64,000 nt of DNA from Escherichia coli (GTDB lineage Bacteria > Pseudomonadota > Gammaproteobacteria > Enterobacterales > Enterobacteriaceae): the NCBI RefSeq assembly GCF_003018255.1, contig NZ_CP027440.1, one strand, 5' to 3'. A model generated the notes under the pieces. The model did not search any database. It was not told where the DNA came from and was given only the letters and a program-made list of their open reading frames with translations. Made by a program: the position numbers and the translations under genes. This document shows, piece by piece, positions 1-11,165 of this stretch. Numbering within the stretch: position 1 is the stretch's first letter; the number at the start of each line of letters is the position of its first letter.

Positions 1-180
1 CATACATTGCGTCTGCCACCGCAGGAAGGGCGTCTGAGAAGTCGTTTTTATCAGCTTCAGGCAATAGAAAAAGAGTGGATGGAGGAGGACGGCAGCGTAA
101 GTCTGCAAGTTCGTATGCCGATCGTTGACTGGCGTCGCCTCTGTAAACAAGAACCGGCGTTGATCGATTACCTGATCTAA
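1..180 (+). CDS. hflX: GTPase HflX, 3' end (partial, continues upstream of window)
   Basis: In-frame translation ...QEGRLRSRFYQLQAIEKEWMEEDGSVSLQVRMPIVDWRRLCKQEPALIDYLI* ending at TAA 178-180; position immediately upstream of hflK. Confidence 0.85.
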   Translation, partial: HTLRLPPQEGRLRSRFYQLQAIEKEWMEEDGSVSLQVRMPIVDWRRLCKQEPALIDYLI

Positions 181-265
181 CGGCGTAGCGTCTGAAGCGT
201 GGAGTCATATCCTCTGGCGTCGAAAGACAACAGGGATCACCGCATAACAAATATGGAGCACAAAC

Positions 266-1525
266 ATGGCGTGGAATCAGCCCGGTAATAACGGACAAGA
301 CCGCGACCCGTGGGGAAGCAGCAAACCTGGCGGCAACTCTGAGGGAAATGGAAACAAAGGCGGTCGCGATCAAGGGCCACCTGATTTAGATGATATCTTC
401 CGCAAACTGAGCAAAAAGCTCGGTGGTCTGGGCGGCGGTAAAGGCACCGGATCTGGCGGTGGCAGTTCATCGCAAGGCCCGCGCCCGCAGCTTGGCGGTC
501 GTGTCGTTACCATCGCAGCGGCAGCGATTGTCATTATCTGGGCGGCCAGTGGTTTCTATACTATTAAAGAAGCCGAACGTGGCGTGGTAACACGCTTTGG
601 TAAATTCAGCCATCTGGTTGAGCCGGGTCTGAACTGGAAACCGACGTTTATCGACGAAGTCAAACCGGTGAACGTGGAAGCCGTGCGTGAACTGGCCGCT
701 TCTGGTGTGATGCTGACGTCGGACGAGAACGTAGTGCGCGTTGAGATGAACGTGCAGTACCGCGTCACCGATCCGGAAAAATATCTGTATAGCGTGACCA
801 GCCCGGATGACAGCCTGCGTCAGGCTACCGACAGCGCCCTGCGTGGGGTTATCGGTAAATACACCATGGACCGCATTCTGACGGAAGGTCGTACCGTGAT
901 TCGTAGCGATACTCAGCGCGAACTGGAAGAGACGATTCGTCCGTATGACATGGGTATCACGCTGCTGGACGTCAACTTCCAGGCAGCTCGTCCGCCGGAA
1001 GAAGTAAAAGCGGCGTTTGACGATGCGATTGCCGCGCGTGAAAACGAACAGCAATACATTCGTGAAGCAGAAGCGTATACCAACGAAGTTCAGCCGCGTG
1101 CGAACGGTCAGGCGCAACGTATCCTCGAAGAGGCGCGTGCGTACAAGGCCCAGACCATCCTGGAAGCTCAGGGTGAAGTGGCGCGCTTTGCTAAACTTCT
1201 GCCGGAATATAAAGCCGCGCCGGAAATTACTCGCGAGCGTCTGTATATCGAGACGATGGAAAAAGTGTTGGGCAACACCCGCAAAGTGCTGGTTAACGAT
1301 AAAGGTGGCAACTTGATGGTTCTGCCGTTAGACCAGATGCTGAAAGGTGGTAACGCCCCTGCGGCGAAGAGCGATAACGGTGCCAGCAATCTGCTGCGTC
1401 TGCCGCCAGCCTCTTCCTCCACAACCAGTGGAGCAAGCAACACGTCGTCCACCAGTCAGGGCGATATTATGGACCAACGCCGCGCCAACGCGCAGCGTAA
1501 CGACTACCAGCGTCAGGGGGAATAA
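266..1525 (+). CDS. hflK: HflK, SPFH/band-7 regulator of FtsH protease
   Basis: 419 aa ORF, N-term MAWNQPGNNGQDRDPWG with Gly-rich linker then SPFH domain; directly followed by hflC. Confidence 0.95.
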   Translation: MAWNQPGNNGQDRDPWGSSKPGGNSEGNGNKGGRDQGPPDLDDIFRKLSKKLGGLGGGKGTGSGGGSSSQGPRPQLGGRVVTIAAAAIVIIWAASGFYTIKEAERGVVTRFGKFSHLVEPGLNWKPTFIDEVKPVNVEAVRELAASGVMLTSDENVVRVEMNVQYRVTDPEKYLYSVTSPDDSLRQATDSALRGVIGKYTMDRILTEGRTVIRSDTQRELEETIRPYDMGITLLDVNFQAARPPEEVKAAFDDAIAARENEQQYIREAEAYTNEVQPRANGQAQRILEEARAYKAQTILEAQGEVARFAKLLPEYKAAPEITRERLYIETMEKVLGNTRKVLVNDKGGNLMVLPLDQMLKGGNAPAAKSDNGASNLLRLPPASSSTTSGASNTSSTSQGDIMDQRRANAQRNDYQRQGE

Positions 1526-1527
1526 CG

Positions 1528-2532
1528 ATGCGTAAGTCAGTTATCGCGATTATCATCATCGTGCTGGTAGTGCTTTACATGTCTGTCTTTGTCGTCAAAG
1601 AAGGTGAGCGCGGTATTACGCTGCGTTTTGGTAAGGTACTGCGTGACGATGACAACAAACCTCTGGTTTATGAGCCGGGTTTGCATTTCAAGATACCGTT
1701 CATTGAAACGGTGAAAATGCTCGACGCACGTATTCAGACCATGGACAACCAGGCCGACCGCTTTGTGACCAAAGAGAAGAAAGACCTGATCGTCGACTCT
1801 TACATCAAATGGCGCATCAGCGATTTCAGCCGTTACTACCTGGCAACGGGTGGTGGCGACATTTCGCAAGCGGAAGTGCTGTTGAAACGTAAGTTCTCTG
1901 ACCGTCTGCGTTCTGAAATTGGTCGTCTGGACGTGAAAGACATCGTCACCGATTCCCGTGGTCGTCTGACCCTCGAAGTACGTGACGCGCTGAACTCCGG
2001 TTCTGCGGGTACAGAAGATGAAGTTACTACCCCGGCGGCAGATAACGCCATTGCCGAAGCGGCAGAGCGCGTAACGGCTGAGACGAAGGGCAAAGTTCCG
2101 GTCATCAACCCGAACAGTATGGCGGCGCTGGGTATTGAAGTTGTCGATGTGCGAATTAAGCAGATCAACCTGCCGACCGAAGTGTCTGAAGCGATCTACA
2201 ACCGTATGCGCGCCGAGCGTGAAGCGGTAGCGCGTCGTCACCGTTCACAAGGTCAGGAAGAAGCGGAAAAACTGCGCGCGACTGCCGACTATGAAGTGAC
2301 CAGAACGTTGGCTGAAGCTGAGCGTCAGGGCCGCATCATGCGTGGTGAAGGCGATGCAGAAGCAGCCAAACTGTTTGCTGATGCATTCAGTAAAGATCCG
2401 GACTTCTACGCATTCATCCGTAGCCTGCGTGCTTATGAGAACAGCTTCTCTGGCAATCAGGACGTGATGGTCATGAGCCCGGATAGCGATTTCTTCCGCT
2501 ACATGAAGACGCCGACTTCCGCAACGCGTTAA
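1528..2532 (+). CDS. hflC: HflC, SPFH/band-7 regulator of FtsH protease
   Basis: 334 aa ORF MRKSVIAIIIIVLVVLYMSVFVVKEGERGI; 2-bp gap after hflK, operon arrangement. Confidence 0.95.
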   Translation: MRKSVIAIIIIVLVVLYMSVFVVKEGERGITLRFGKVLRDDDNKPLVYEPGLHFKIPFIETVKMLDARIQTMDNQADRFVTKEKKDLIVDSYIKWRISDFSRYYLATGGGDISQAEVLLKRKFSDRLRSEIGRLDVKDIVTDSRGRLTLEVRDALNSGSAGTEDEVTTPAADNAIAEAAERVTAETKGKVPVINPNSMAALGIEVVDVRIKQINLPTEVSEAIYNRMRAEREAVARRHRSQGQEEAEKLRATADYEVTRTLAEAERQGRIMRGEGDAEAAKLFADAFSKDPDFYAFIRSLRAYENSFSGNQDVMVMSPDSDFFRYMKTPTSATR

Positions 2533-2560
2533 TATAACGACTGCGGTACAGGTCAATAAA

Positions 2561-2598
2561 GCCACCGCATCCTCAGGGATGTCGGTGGTTTTATTTTT
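2561..2598 (+). terminator. Rho-independent terminator after hflC
   Basis: GC stem gccaccgcatcc...ggatgtcggtgg followed by ttttattttt. Confidence 0.6.
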
Positions 2599-2613
2599 CT
2601 ATAAGGATAATGA

Positions 2614-2811
2614 ATGAATTCGACAATCTGGCTGGCGCTTGCCCTGGTTTTGGTACTGGAAGGTTTAGGGCCGATGCTTTACCCGAAGGCATGGAAGAAG
2701 ATGATCTCTGCGATGACCAATTTGCCCGATAATATTTTACGTCGTTTTGGCGGTGGACTTGTGGTTGCGGGCGTTGTGGTCTACTACATGTTGAGGAAAA
2801 CGATTGGCTGA
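2614..2811 (+). CDS. yjeT: DUF2065 small membrane protein YjeT
   Basis: 65 aa hydrophobic ORF MNSTIWLALALVLVLEGLGP between hflC and purA. Confidence 0.8.
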   Translation: MNSTIWLALALVLVLEGLGPMLYPKAWKKMISAMTNLPDNILRRFGGGLVVAGVVVYYMLRKTIG

Positions 2812-2911
2812 ACAAAAAATAGACTGATCGAGGTCATTTTTGAGTGCAAAAAGTGCTGTAACTCTGAAAAAGCGATGGTAGAATCCATTTTTAAGCAAAC
2901 GGTGATTTTGA

Positions 2912-4213
<1,302 letters not shown>

Positions 4214-4417
4214 TTCTGGTACGCCTGGCAGATATTTTGCCTGCCGGGCTAACAGTGTGATACATTGCTGTGTCGGTTAAGCCATTACGCTATCCGACAC
4301 AGTGTTAAATCCTCGCTTTTTTCCTTCCCCGAACTGAAATAAATTAGCGACACAGCTTGTGGCTGGTTTATCATCAATATAAATGTATTTTTCCCCGATT
4401 TCCCTTTTGAGGTTGAT

Positions 4418-4843
4418 GTGCAGTTAACGAGTTTCACTGATTACGGATTACGTGCGCTGATCTACATGGCGTCATTGCCAGAAGGGCGGATGACCAGTAT
4501 TTCTGAAGTGACTGACGTCTACGGCGTCTCCCGTAATCATATGGTCAAAATAATCAATCAACTTAGTCGTGCCGGCTACGTGACTGCTGTTCGTGGAAAA
4601 AATGGCGGCATTCGCTTGGGTAAACCGGCGAGTGCGATACGTATTGGTGATGTGGTGCGCGAGCTGGAGCCCTTATCGCTGGTGAATTGCAGCAGTGAGT
4701 TTTGCCACATTACACCTGCCTGTCGGTTGAAACAGGCACTTTCTAAGGCCGTGCAAAGTTTTCTTACGGAACTGGATAACTACACGCTTGCCGATTTGGT
4801 TGAAGAGAATCAACCGCTTTATAAATTATTGCTGGTGGAGTGA
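4418..4843 (+). CDS. nsrR: NO-sensing Rrf2-family repressor NsrR
   Basis: 141 aa; [18 protein letters not shown] Rrf2 HTH, three Cys near C-terminus; immediately upstream of rnr. Confidence 0.93.
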
Positions 4844-4881
4844 CGAAAATCTTCATCAGAGATGACAACGGAGGAACCGAG

Positions 4882-7323
4882 ATGTCACAAGATCCTTTCC
4901 AGGAACGCGAAGCTGAAAAATACGCGAATCCCATCCCTAGTCGGGAATTTATCCTCGAACATTTAACCAAACGTGAAAAACCGGCCAGCCGTGATGAGCT
5001 GGCGGTAGAACTGCACATTGAAGGCGAAGAGCAGCTTGAAGGCCTGCGTCGCCGCCTGCGCGCGATGGAGCGCGATGGTCAACTGGTCTTCACTCGTCGT
5101 CAGTGCTATGCGCTGCCGGAACGCCTCGACCTGGTGAAAGGTACCGTTATTGGCCACCGTGATGGCTACGGCTTTCTGCGGGTTGAAGGGCGTAAAGATG
5201 ATTTGTATCTCTCCAGCGAGCAGATGAAAACCTGCATTCATGGCGATCAGGTGCTGGCTCAGCCGCTGGGCGCTGACCGTAAAGGTCGTCGTGAAGCGCG
5301 TATTGTCCGCGTACTGGTGCCAAAAACCAGCCAGATTGTTGGTCGCTACTTCACCGAAGCGGGCGTCGGCTTTGTGGTTCCTGACGACAGTCGTTTGAGC
5401 TTCGATATCTTAATCCCGCCCGATCAGATCATGGGCGCGCGGATGGGCTTTGTGGTGGTGGTTGAACTGACCCAACGCCCGACTCGCCGTACCAAAGCGG
5501 TGGGTAAAATCGTCGAAGTGCTGGGCGACAATATGGGCACCGGCATGGCGGTTGATATCGCTCTGCGTACCCATGAAATTCCGTATATCTGGCCGCAGGC
5601 TGTTGAGCAACAGGTTGCCGGGCTGAAAGAAGAAGTGCCGGAAGAAGCAAAAGCGGGCCGTGTCGATCTGCGCGATTTACCGCTGGTCACCATTGATGGC
5701 GAAGACGCCCGTGACTTTGACGATGCAGTTTACTGCGAGAAAAAACGCGGCGGCGGCTGGCGTTTGTGGGTCGCAATTGCCGACGTCAGTTACTATGTGC
5801 GTCCGCCAACACCGCTGGACAGAGAAGCGCGTAACCGTGGTACGTCGGTGTACTTCCCTTCGCAGGTTATCCCGATGCTGCCGGAAGTGCTCTCTAACGG
5901 CCTGTGCTCGCTCAACCCGCAGGTAGACCGCCTGTGTATGGTGTGTGAGATGACCATTTCGTCGAAAGGTCGCCTGACGGGCTACAAATTCTATGAAGCG
6001 GTGATGAGCTCTCACGCGCGTCTGACCTACACCAAAGTCTGGCATATACTGCAGGGCGATCAGGATCTGCGCGAGCAGTACGCCCCGCTGGTTAAGCACC
6101 TCGAAGAGCTGCATAACCTCTATAAAGTGCTGGATAAAGCCCGTGAAGAACGCGGCGGGATCTCGTTTGAGAGCGAAGAAGCGAAGTTCATTTTCAACGC
6201 TGAACGCCGTATTGAGCGTATCGAACAGACCCAGCGTAACGACGCACACAAGTTAATTGAAGAGTGCATGATTCTGGCGAATATCTCGGCGGCGCGTTTC
6301 GTTGAGAAGGCCAAAGAACCGGCACTGTTCCGTATTCACGACAAGCCGAGCACTGAAGCAATAACCTCTTTCCGTTCAGTGCTGGCGGAACTGGGGCTGG
6401 AATTGCCTGGCGGTAACAAGCCGGAACCGCGTGACTACGCGGAACTGCTGGAATCGGTTGCTGACCGTCCTGACGCAGAAATGCTGCAAACCATGCTGTT
6501 GCGCTCGATGAAACAAGCGATTTACGATCCGGAAAACCGTGGTCACTTCGGTCTGGCATTGCAGTCCTATGCGCACTTTACTTCGCCGATTCGTCGTTAT
6601 CCTGACCTGACGCTGCACCGCGCCATTAAGTATCTGTTGGCGAAAGAGCAGGGGCATCAGGGGAATACCACTGAAACCGGCGGCTACCATTATTCGATGG
6701 AAGAGATGCTGCAACTGGGTCAGCACTGTTCGATGGCGGAACGTCGTGCCGACGAAGCAACGCGCGATGTGGCTGACTGGCTGAAGTGTGACTTCATGCT
6801 CGACCAGGTAGGTAACGTCTTTAAAGGCGTAATTTCCAGCGTCACTGGTTTTGGCTTCTTTGTTCGCCTGGATGACTTGTTCATTGATGGTCTGGTCCAT
6901 GTCTCTTCGCTGGACAATGACTACTATCGCTTTGACCAGGTGGGGCAACGCCTGATGGGCGAATCCAGCGGCCAGACTTATCGCCTGGGCGATCGCGTGG
7001 AAGTTCGCGTCGAAGCGGTTAATATGGACGAGCGCAAAATCGACTTTAGCCTGATCTCCAGCGAACGCGCACCGCGCAACGTCGGTAAAACGGCGCGCGA
7101 GAAAGCGAAAAAAGGCGATGCAGGCAAAAAAGGCGGCAAGCGGCGTCAGGTCGGCAAAAAGGTCAACTTTGAGCCAGACAGCGCCTTCCGCGGCGAGAAA
7201 AAACCGAAGCCGAAAGCAGCGAAGAAAGACGCGAGAAAAGCGAAAAAGCCATCGGCGAAAACGCAGAAAATAGCCGCAGCGACCAAAGCGAAGCGTGCGG
7301 CGAAGAAAAAAGTGGCAGAGTGA
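4882..7323 (+). CDS. rnr: Ribonuclease R (RNB-family 3'-5' exoribonuclease)
   Basis: ORF track 4840..7323; start moved to ATG at 4882 ([17 protein letters not shown]) giving 813 aa; S1 domain and Lys-rich basic C-terminal tail. Confidence 0.93.
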   Translation: MSQDPFQEREAEKYANPIPSREFILEHLTKREKPASRDELAVELHIEGEEQLEGLRRRLRAMERDGQLVFTRRQCYALPERLDLVKGTVIGHRDGYGFLRVEGRKDDLYLSSEQMKTCIHGDQVLAQPLGADRKGRREARIVRVLVPKTSQIVGRYFTEAGVGFVVPDDSRLSFDILIPPDQIMGARMGFVVVVELTQRPTRRTKAVGKIVEVLGDNMGTGMAVDIALRTHEIPYIWPQAVEQQVAGLKEEVPEEAKAGRVDLRDLPLVTIDGEDARDFDDAVYCEKKRGGGWRLWVAIADVSYYVRPPTPLDREARNRGTSVYFPSQVIPMLPEVLSNGLCSLNPQVDRLCMVCEMTISSKGRLTGYKFYEAVMSSHARLTYTKVWHILQGDQDLREQYAPLVKHLEELHNLYKVLDKAREERGGISFESEEAKFIFNAERRIERIEQTQRNDAHKLIEECMILANISAARFVEKAKEPALFRIHDKPSTEAITSFRSVLAELGLELPGGNKPEPRDYAELLESVADRPDAEMLQTMLLRSMKQAIYDPENRGHFGLALQSYAHFTSPIRRYPDLTLHRAIKYLLAKEQGHQGNTTETGGYHYSMEEMLQLGQHCSMAERRADEATRDVADWLKCDFMLDQVGNVFKGVISSVTGFGFFVRLDDLFIDGLVHVSSLDNDYYRFDQVGQRLMGESSGQTYRLGDRVEVRVEAVNMDERKIDFSLISSERAPRNVGKTAREKAKKGDAGKKGGKRRQVGKKVNFEPDSAFRGEKKPKPKAAKKDARKAKKPSAKTQKIAAATKAKRAAKKKVAE

Positions 7324-7413
7324 TCATTACCCTCTTCAAACAGAAGAGGGTGAATTATCCGTAGGCCGGGCAAGCGTGGCGCTCCCGGCAAAACGTAAAT
7401 AACGAGTACATTA

Positions 7414-8145
7414 ATGAGCGAAATGATTTACGGCATCCATGCAGTGCAGGCCCTGCTGGAGCGCGCCCCTGAACGTTTTCAGGAAGTCTTTATTTTAAAA
7501 GGCCGTGAAGATAAACGTCTGTTACCGCTGATTCACGCCCTTGAGTCTCAGGGCGTGGTTATCCAGTTGGCAAACCGCCAATATCTCGACGAGAAAAGCG
7601 ACGGTGCCGTGCATCAGGGCATTATCGCTCGTGTGAAGCCAGGACGGCAGTATCAGGAAAACGATCTGCCGGATCTGATCGCTTCGCTCGATCAACCGTT
7701 CCTGCTGATCCTCGACGGCGTAACCGATCCGCACAACCTCGGCGCGTGCCTGCGTAGCGCGGACGCCGCTGGTGTTCATGCGGTGATTGTGCCGAAAGAT
7801 CGCTCCGCACAGCTCAACGCCACGGCGAAAAAAGTGGCCTGTGGTGCGGCAGAAAGCGTTCCGCTGATTCGGGTGACTAATCTGGCGCGCACCATGCGTA
7901 TGTTGCAGGAAGAGAATATCTGGATCGTCGGTACGGCAGGCGAGGCGGATCATACACTCTATCAGAGCAAAATGACCGGACGCCTGGCGCTGGTGATGGG
8001 CGCGGAAGGTGAAGGTATGCGTCGCCTGACCCGTGAACATTGCGATGAGTTGATCAGCATCCCAATGGCAGGAAGTGTTTCTTCCCTGAACGTTTCGGTT
8101 GCAACCGGAATTTGCTTATTTGAAGCGGTTCGTCAGCGCAGCTAG
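7414..8145 (+). CDS. rlmB: 23S rRNA (Gm2251) 2'-O-methyltransferase RlmB
   Basis: 243 aa SpoU/TrmH-family [25 protein letters not shown] downstream of rnr. Confidence 0.93.
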
Positions 8146-8160
8146 TTCCTCTGAATTATG

Positions 8161-8192
8161 AAAAGCCATCCAGATTTGGATGGTTTTTTTTT
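8161..8192 (+). terminator. Rho-independent terminator after rlmB
   Basis: aaaagccatccagatttggatgg hairpin followed by a T9 run. Confidence 0.75.
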
Positions 8193-8271
8193 GTCTATAG
8201 CTGGTAAGATAATTACGTACTGCAAATATTCATTTTATTAATATTTAAACTTAATTTATATGGAATAATAT

Positions 8272-8673
8272 ATGACATGGAATCCGTTGGCGCTGGCGAC
8301 GGCGCTGCAAACTGTACCTGAACAAAATATTGATGTAACAAATAGCGAGAACGCATTAATTATTAAAATGAATGATTATGGCGATTTGCAAATCAATATT
8401 CTATTTACTTCCCGCCAAATGATTATCGAAACCTTTATTTGTCCGGTAAGTAGTATCAGCAATCCAGATGAATTTAATACCTTCTTATTAAGAAATCAGA
8501 AGATGATGCCGTTGTCATCGGTAGGGATCTCCAGCGTGCAACATGAAGAGTATTACATTGTTTTCGGTGCGTTATCGCTTAAATCTTCTCTTGAAGATAT
8601 CCTGCTTGAGATAACCTCGCTGGTAGATAACGCATTGGATCTGGCTGAAATTACAGAAGAATATTCACACTAA
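8272..8673 (+). CDS. yjfI: DUF2170 protein YjfI
   Basis: 133 aa ORF, first gene of the yjfIJKLMC cluster. Confidence 0.85.
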   Translation: MTWNPLALATALQTVPEQNIDVTNSENALIIKMNDYGDLQINILFTSRQMIIETFICPVSSISNPDEFNTFLLRNQKMMPLSSVGISSVQHEEYYIVFGALSLKSSLEDILLEITSLVDNALDLAEITEEYSH

Positions 8674-8691
8674 TTACAAGGACGGGTATTT

Positions 8692-9390
8692 ATGGGAATT
8701 TTAAAAAGTTTATTTACGCTGGGGAAATCGTTTATCTCCCAGGCGGAAGAATCCATTGAAGAAACCCAGGGCGTGCGCATGCTGGAACAGCATATTCGTG
8801 ACGCTAAAGCTGAACTCGATAAAGCCGGAAAATCTCGCGTTGATCTGCTGGCGCGGGTGAAATTAAGTCACGATAAGCTGAAAGATTTACGTGAGCGCAA
8901 AGCCAGTCTGGAAGCTCGTGCGCTGGAAGCGTTAAGCAAGAACGTTAATCCGTCGTTGATTAACGAAGTTGCTGAAGAAATCGCGCGCCTTGAGAATCTC
9001 ATTACCGCTGAAGAGCAAGTGTTGTCGAATCTGGAAGTCTCTCGTGATGGCGTGGAAAAAGCAGTTACAGCGACAGCGCAGCGTATCGCTCAGTTTGAGC
9101 AGCAAATGGAAGTCGTTAAAGCTACTGAAGCCATGCAGCGTGCACAACAGGCTGTAACGACCTCTACTGTTGGCGCATCTTCCAGCGTTTCGACAGCGGC
9201 AGAATCCTTAAAACGCCTGCAAACGCGTCAGGCCGAACGTCAGGCTCGCCTGGATGCTGCCGCACAGTTGGAAAAAGTCGCAGACGGTCGCGATCTTGAT
9301 GAAAAGCTGGCGGAAGCCGGAATTGGCGGTAGCAATAAAAGTAGCGCCCAGGATGTATTAGCAAGACTGCAACGCCAACAGGGCGAGTAA
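8692..9390 (+). CDS. yjfJ: PspA/IM30-family protein YjfJ
   Basis: 232 aa, heptad-rich coiled-coil sequence (MGILKSLFTLGKSFISQAEESIEETQ...) typical of PspA/Vipp1 family. Confidence 0.88.
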   Translation: MGILKSLFTLGKSFISQAEESIEETQGVRMLEQHIRDAKAELDKAGKSRVDLLARVKLSHDKLKDLRERKASLEARALEALSKNVNPSLINEVAEEIARLENLITAEEQVLSNLEVSRDGVEKAVTATAQRIAQFEQQMEVVKATEAMQRAQQAVTTSTVGASSSVSTAAESLKRLQTRQAERQARLDAAAQLEKVADGRDLDEKLAEAGIGGSNKSSAQDVLARLQRQQGE

Positions 9391-9439
9391 TTTTTTGCCA
9401 GCCTCACTGCAAGGCTGGCAACTATTTTAAGGATAAAAT

Positions 9440-10099
9440 ATGTCTGGTTTTTTCCAGCGTCTGTTTGGCAAGGATAATAAGCCTGCTATCGCTCGCGGTC
9501 CTCTGGGACTTCATCTCAATAGTGGCTTTACGCTCGACACGTTAGCGTTTCGTTTGCTGGAAGATGAATTGCTGATTGCGCTGCCGGGTGAGGAATTTAC
9601 GGTAGCCGCTGTCAGCCGCATCGATCTGGGCGGCGGTAGCCAGATTTTCCGCTACTACACTTCAGGCGATGAGTTTCTGCAAATCAATACCACTGGCGGC
9701 GAAGATATTGATGACATTGATGATATCAAGCTCTTTGTCTATGAAGAGAGCTACGGTATCAGTAAAGAGAGTCACTGGCGCGAGGCGATCAATGCCAAAG
9801 CGATGGGGGCAATGACCTTAAACTGGCAGGAAAAACGCTGGCAGCGATTTTTTAATAGCGAAGAACCGGGAAATATCGAACCCGTCTACATGCTGGAAAA
9901 AGTAGAAAATCAAAACCATGCTAAATGGGAGGTCCATAATTTTACCATGGGCTATCAACGGCAAGTGACCGAAGATACTTACGAATATCTGCTGTTAAAT
10001 GGTGAGGAATCTTTTAATGATCTCGGCGAGCCGGAGTGGTTATTTTCGCGCGCGCTGGGGGTCGATATCCCGCTGACATCACTTCATATTATTGGTTAA
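9440..10099 (+). CDS. yjfK: DUF2491 protein YjfK
   Basis: 219 aa ORF in conserved position. Confidence 0.85.
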   Translation: MSGFFQRLFGKDNKPAIARGPLGLHLNSGFTLDTLAFRLLEDELLIALPGEEFTVAAVSRIDLGGGSQIFRYYTSGDEFLQINTTGGEDIDDIDDIKLFVYEESYGISKESHWREAINAKAMGAMTLNWQEKRWQRFFNSEEPGNIEPVYMLEKVENQNHAKWEVHNFTMGYQRQVTEDTYEYLLLNGEESFNDLGEPEWLFSRALGVDIPLTSLHIIG

Positions 10100-10116
10100 T
10101 TACAAGGACGTTTACG

Positions 10117-10515
10117 ATGCATATACTGGATTCACTTCTTGCCTTTAGCGCTTATTTTTTTATTGGTGTGGCTATGGTGATTATTTTTCTGTTTATCTAC
10201 TCCAAAATTACACCGCACAACGAATGGCAGTTAATCAAAAATAATAACACCGCGGCGGCACTGGCGTTCAGCGGAACATTGTTGGGGTACGTGATCCCCT
10301 TATCCAGTGCGGCAATCAATGCGGTGAGTATTCCAGACTATTTCGCATGGGGCGGGATTGCTCTGGTGATTCAATTACTCGTTTTTGCTGGCGTCAGGCT
10401 TTATATGCCCGCATTAAGCGAAAAAATTATTAATCACAATACCGCAGCAGGAATGTTTATGGGAACCGCCGCGCTGGCTGGCGGTATTTTTAACGCAGCT
10501 TGTATGACATGGTAA
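10117..10515 (+). CDS. yjfL: DUF350 inner-membrane protein YjfL
   Basis: ORF track 10036..10515; start moved to ATG 10117 (MHILDSLLAF) preceded by aaggacg RBS; hydrophobic. Confidence 0.8.
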   Translation: MHILDSLLAFSAYFFIGVAMVIIFLFIYSKITPHNEWQLIKNNNTAAALAFSGTLLGYVIPLSSAAINAVSIPDYFAWGGIALVIQLLVFAGVRLYMPALSEKIINHNTAAGMFMGTAALAGGIFNAACMTW

Positions 10516-10524
10516 TGGACGATC

Positions 10525-11163
10525 ATGGCCAGAAAACGCAAATCCAGAAATAACAAAAATATCGGATATGGGGCAATCAGTCGCATTGGTAGACCGCATA
10601 ATCCTTTTGAGCCGCGCCGCAATCGCTACGCACAAAAATACTTAACGTTGGCGCTAATGGGCGGTGCCGCTTTTTTCGTATTGAAAGGTTGTGGCGATAG
10701 TGGCGATGTCGATAACGACGGCGACGGAACGTTTTACGCGACTGTGCAGGATTGTATTGATGACGGTAATAATGCAGACATTTGCGCGCGTGGCTGGAAC
10801 AACGCCAAAGCGGCGTTTTATGCCGATGTTCCGAAGAATATGACTCAGCAGAATTGTCAGTCTAAGTACGAAAATTGCTACTACGACAATGTTGAACAGA
10901 GTTGGATCCCGGTCGTTTCTGGATTTTTGTTAAGCCGGGTTATTCGTAAAGATCGCGATGAGCCGTTCGTCTATAACAGCGGCGGATCCTCATTTGCTTC
11001 GCGCCCCGTCTGGCGCAACACTTCTGGTGATTACTCCTGGCGCTCCGGTTCTGGCAAAAAAGAGTCTTACTCTTCGGGCGGCTTTACCACCAAAAAAGCG
11101 TCAACCGTTTCTCGCGGCGGCTATGGTCGTTCTTCCAGCGCCCGTGGGCATTGGGGAGGCTAA
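10525..11163 (+). CDS. yjfM: DUF1190 protein YjfM
   Basis: 212 aa ORF with N-terminal basic/TM segment; conserved position. Confidence 0.85.
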   Translation: MARKRKSRNNKNIGYGAISRIGRPHNPFEPRRNRYAQKYLTLALMGGAAFFVLKGCGDSGDVDNDGDGTFYATVQDCIDDGNNADICARGWNNAKAAFYADVPKNMTQQNCQSKYENCYYDNVEQSWIPVVSGFLLSRVIRKDRDEPFVYNSGGSSFASRPVWRNTSGDYSWRSGSGKKESYSSGGFTTKKASTVSRGGYGRSSSARGHWGG

Positions 11164-11165
11164 TC

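Noticed and set aside
467-1117. 216-aa minus-strand ORF antisense to hflK, plus many similar antisense ORFs (e.g. 1537..2241, 3086..3613, 5677..6249, 6376..6948, 18706..19560, 20321..21052, 49070..50005, 50086..50874, 51958..53268, 61474..62205)
   Set aside because: Each lies entirely within a well-supported gene on the opposite strand and has an Arg/His/Cys-rich composition typical of reverse-frame read-through of GC-rich coding sequence; no RBS or recognisable domain.
2893-2908. Possible PurR box (aagcaaacggtgattt) just upstream of purA
   Set aside because: Only the left half-site matches the PurR consensus as I recall it (ACGCAAAC-GTTTTCGT); the right half is poor and the site overlaps the RBS. 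Too weak to call without a matrix scan.
4267-4302. Hairpin gctgtgtcgg…ccgacacag downstream of purA
   Set aside because: Strong stem, but the U-tract is not immediately adjacent; it may be a terminator or an RNA stability element. Not confident enough to list as a feature.
7146-7323. Lys/Ala-rich basic C-terminal tail of the rnr ORF as a possible separate gene or low-complexity artefact
   Set aside because: A basic C-terminal tail is a known part of RNase R; it is continuous in frame with the catalytic region.
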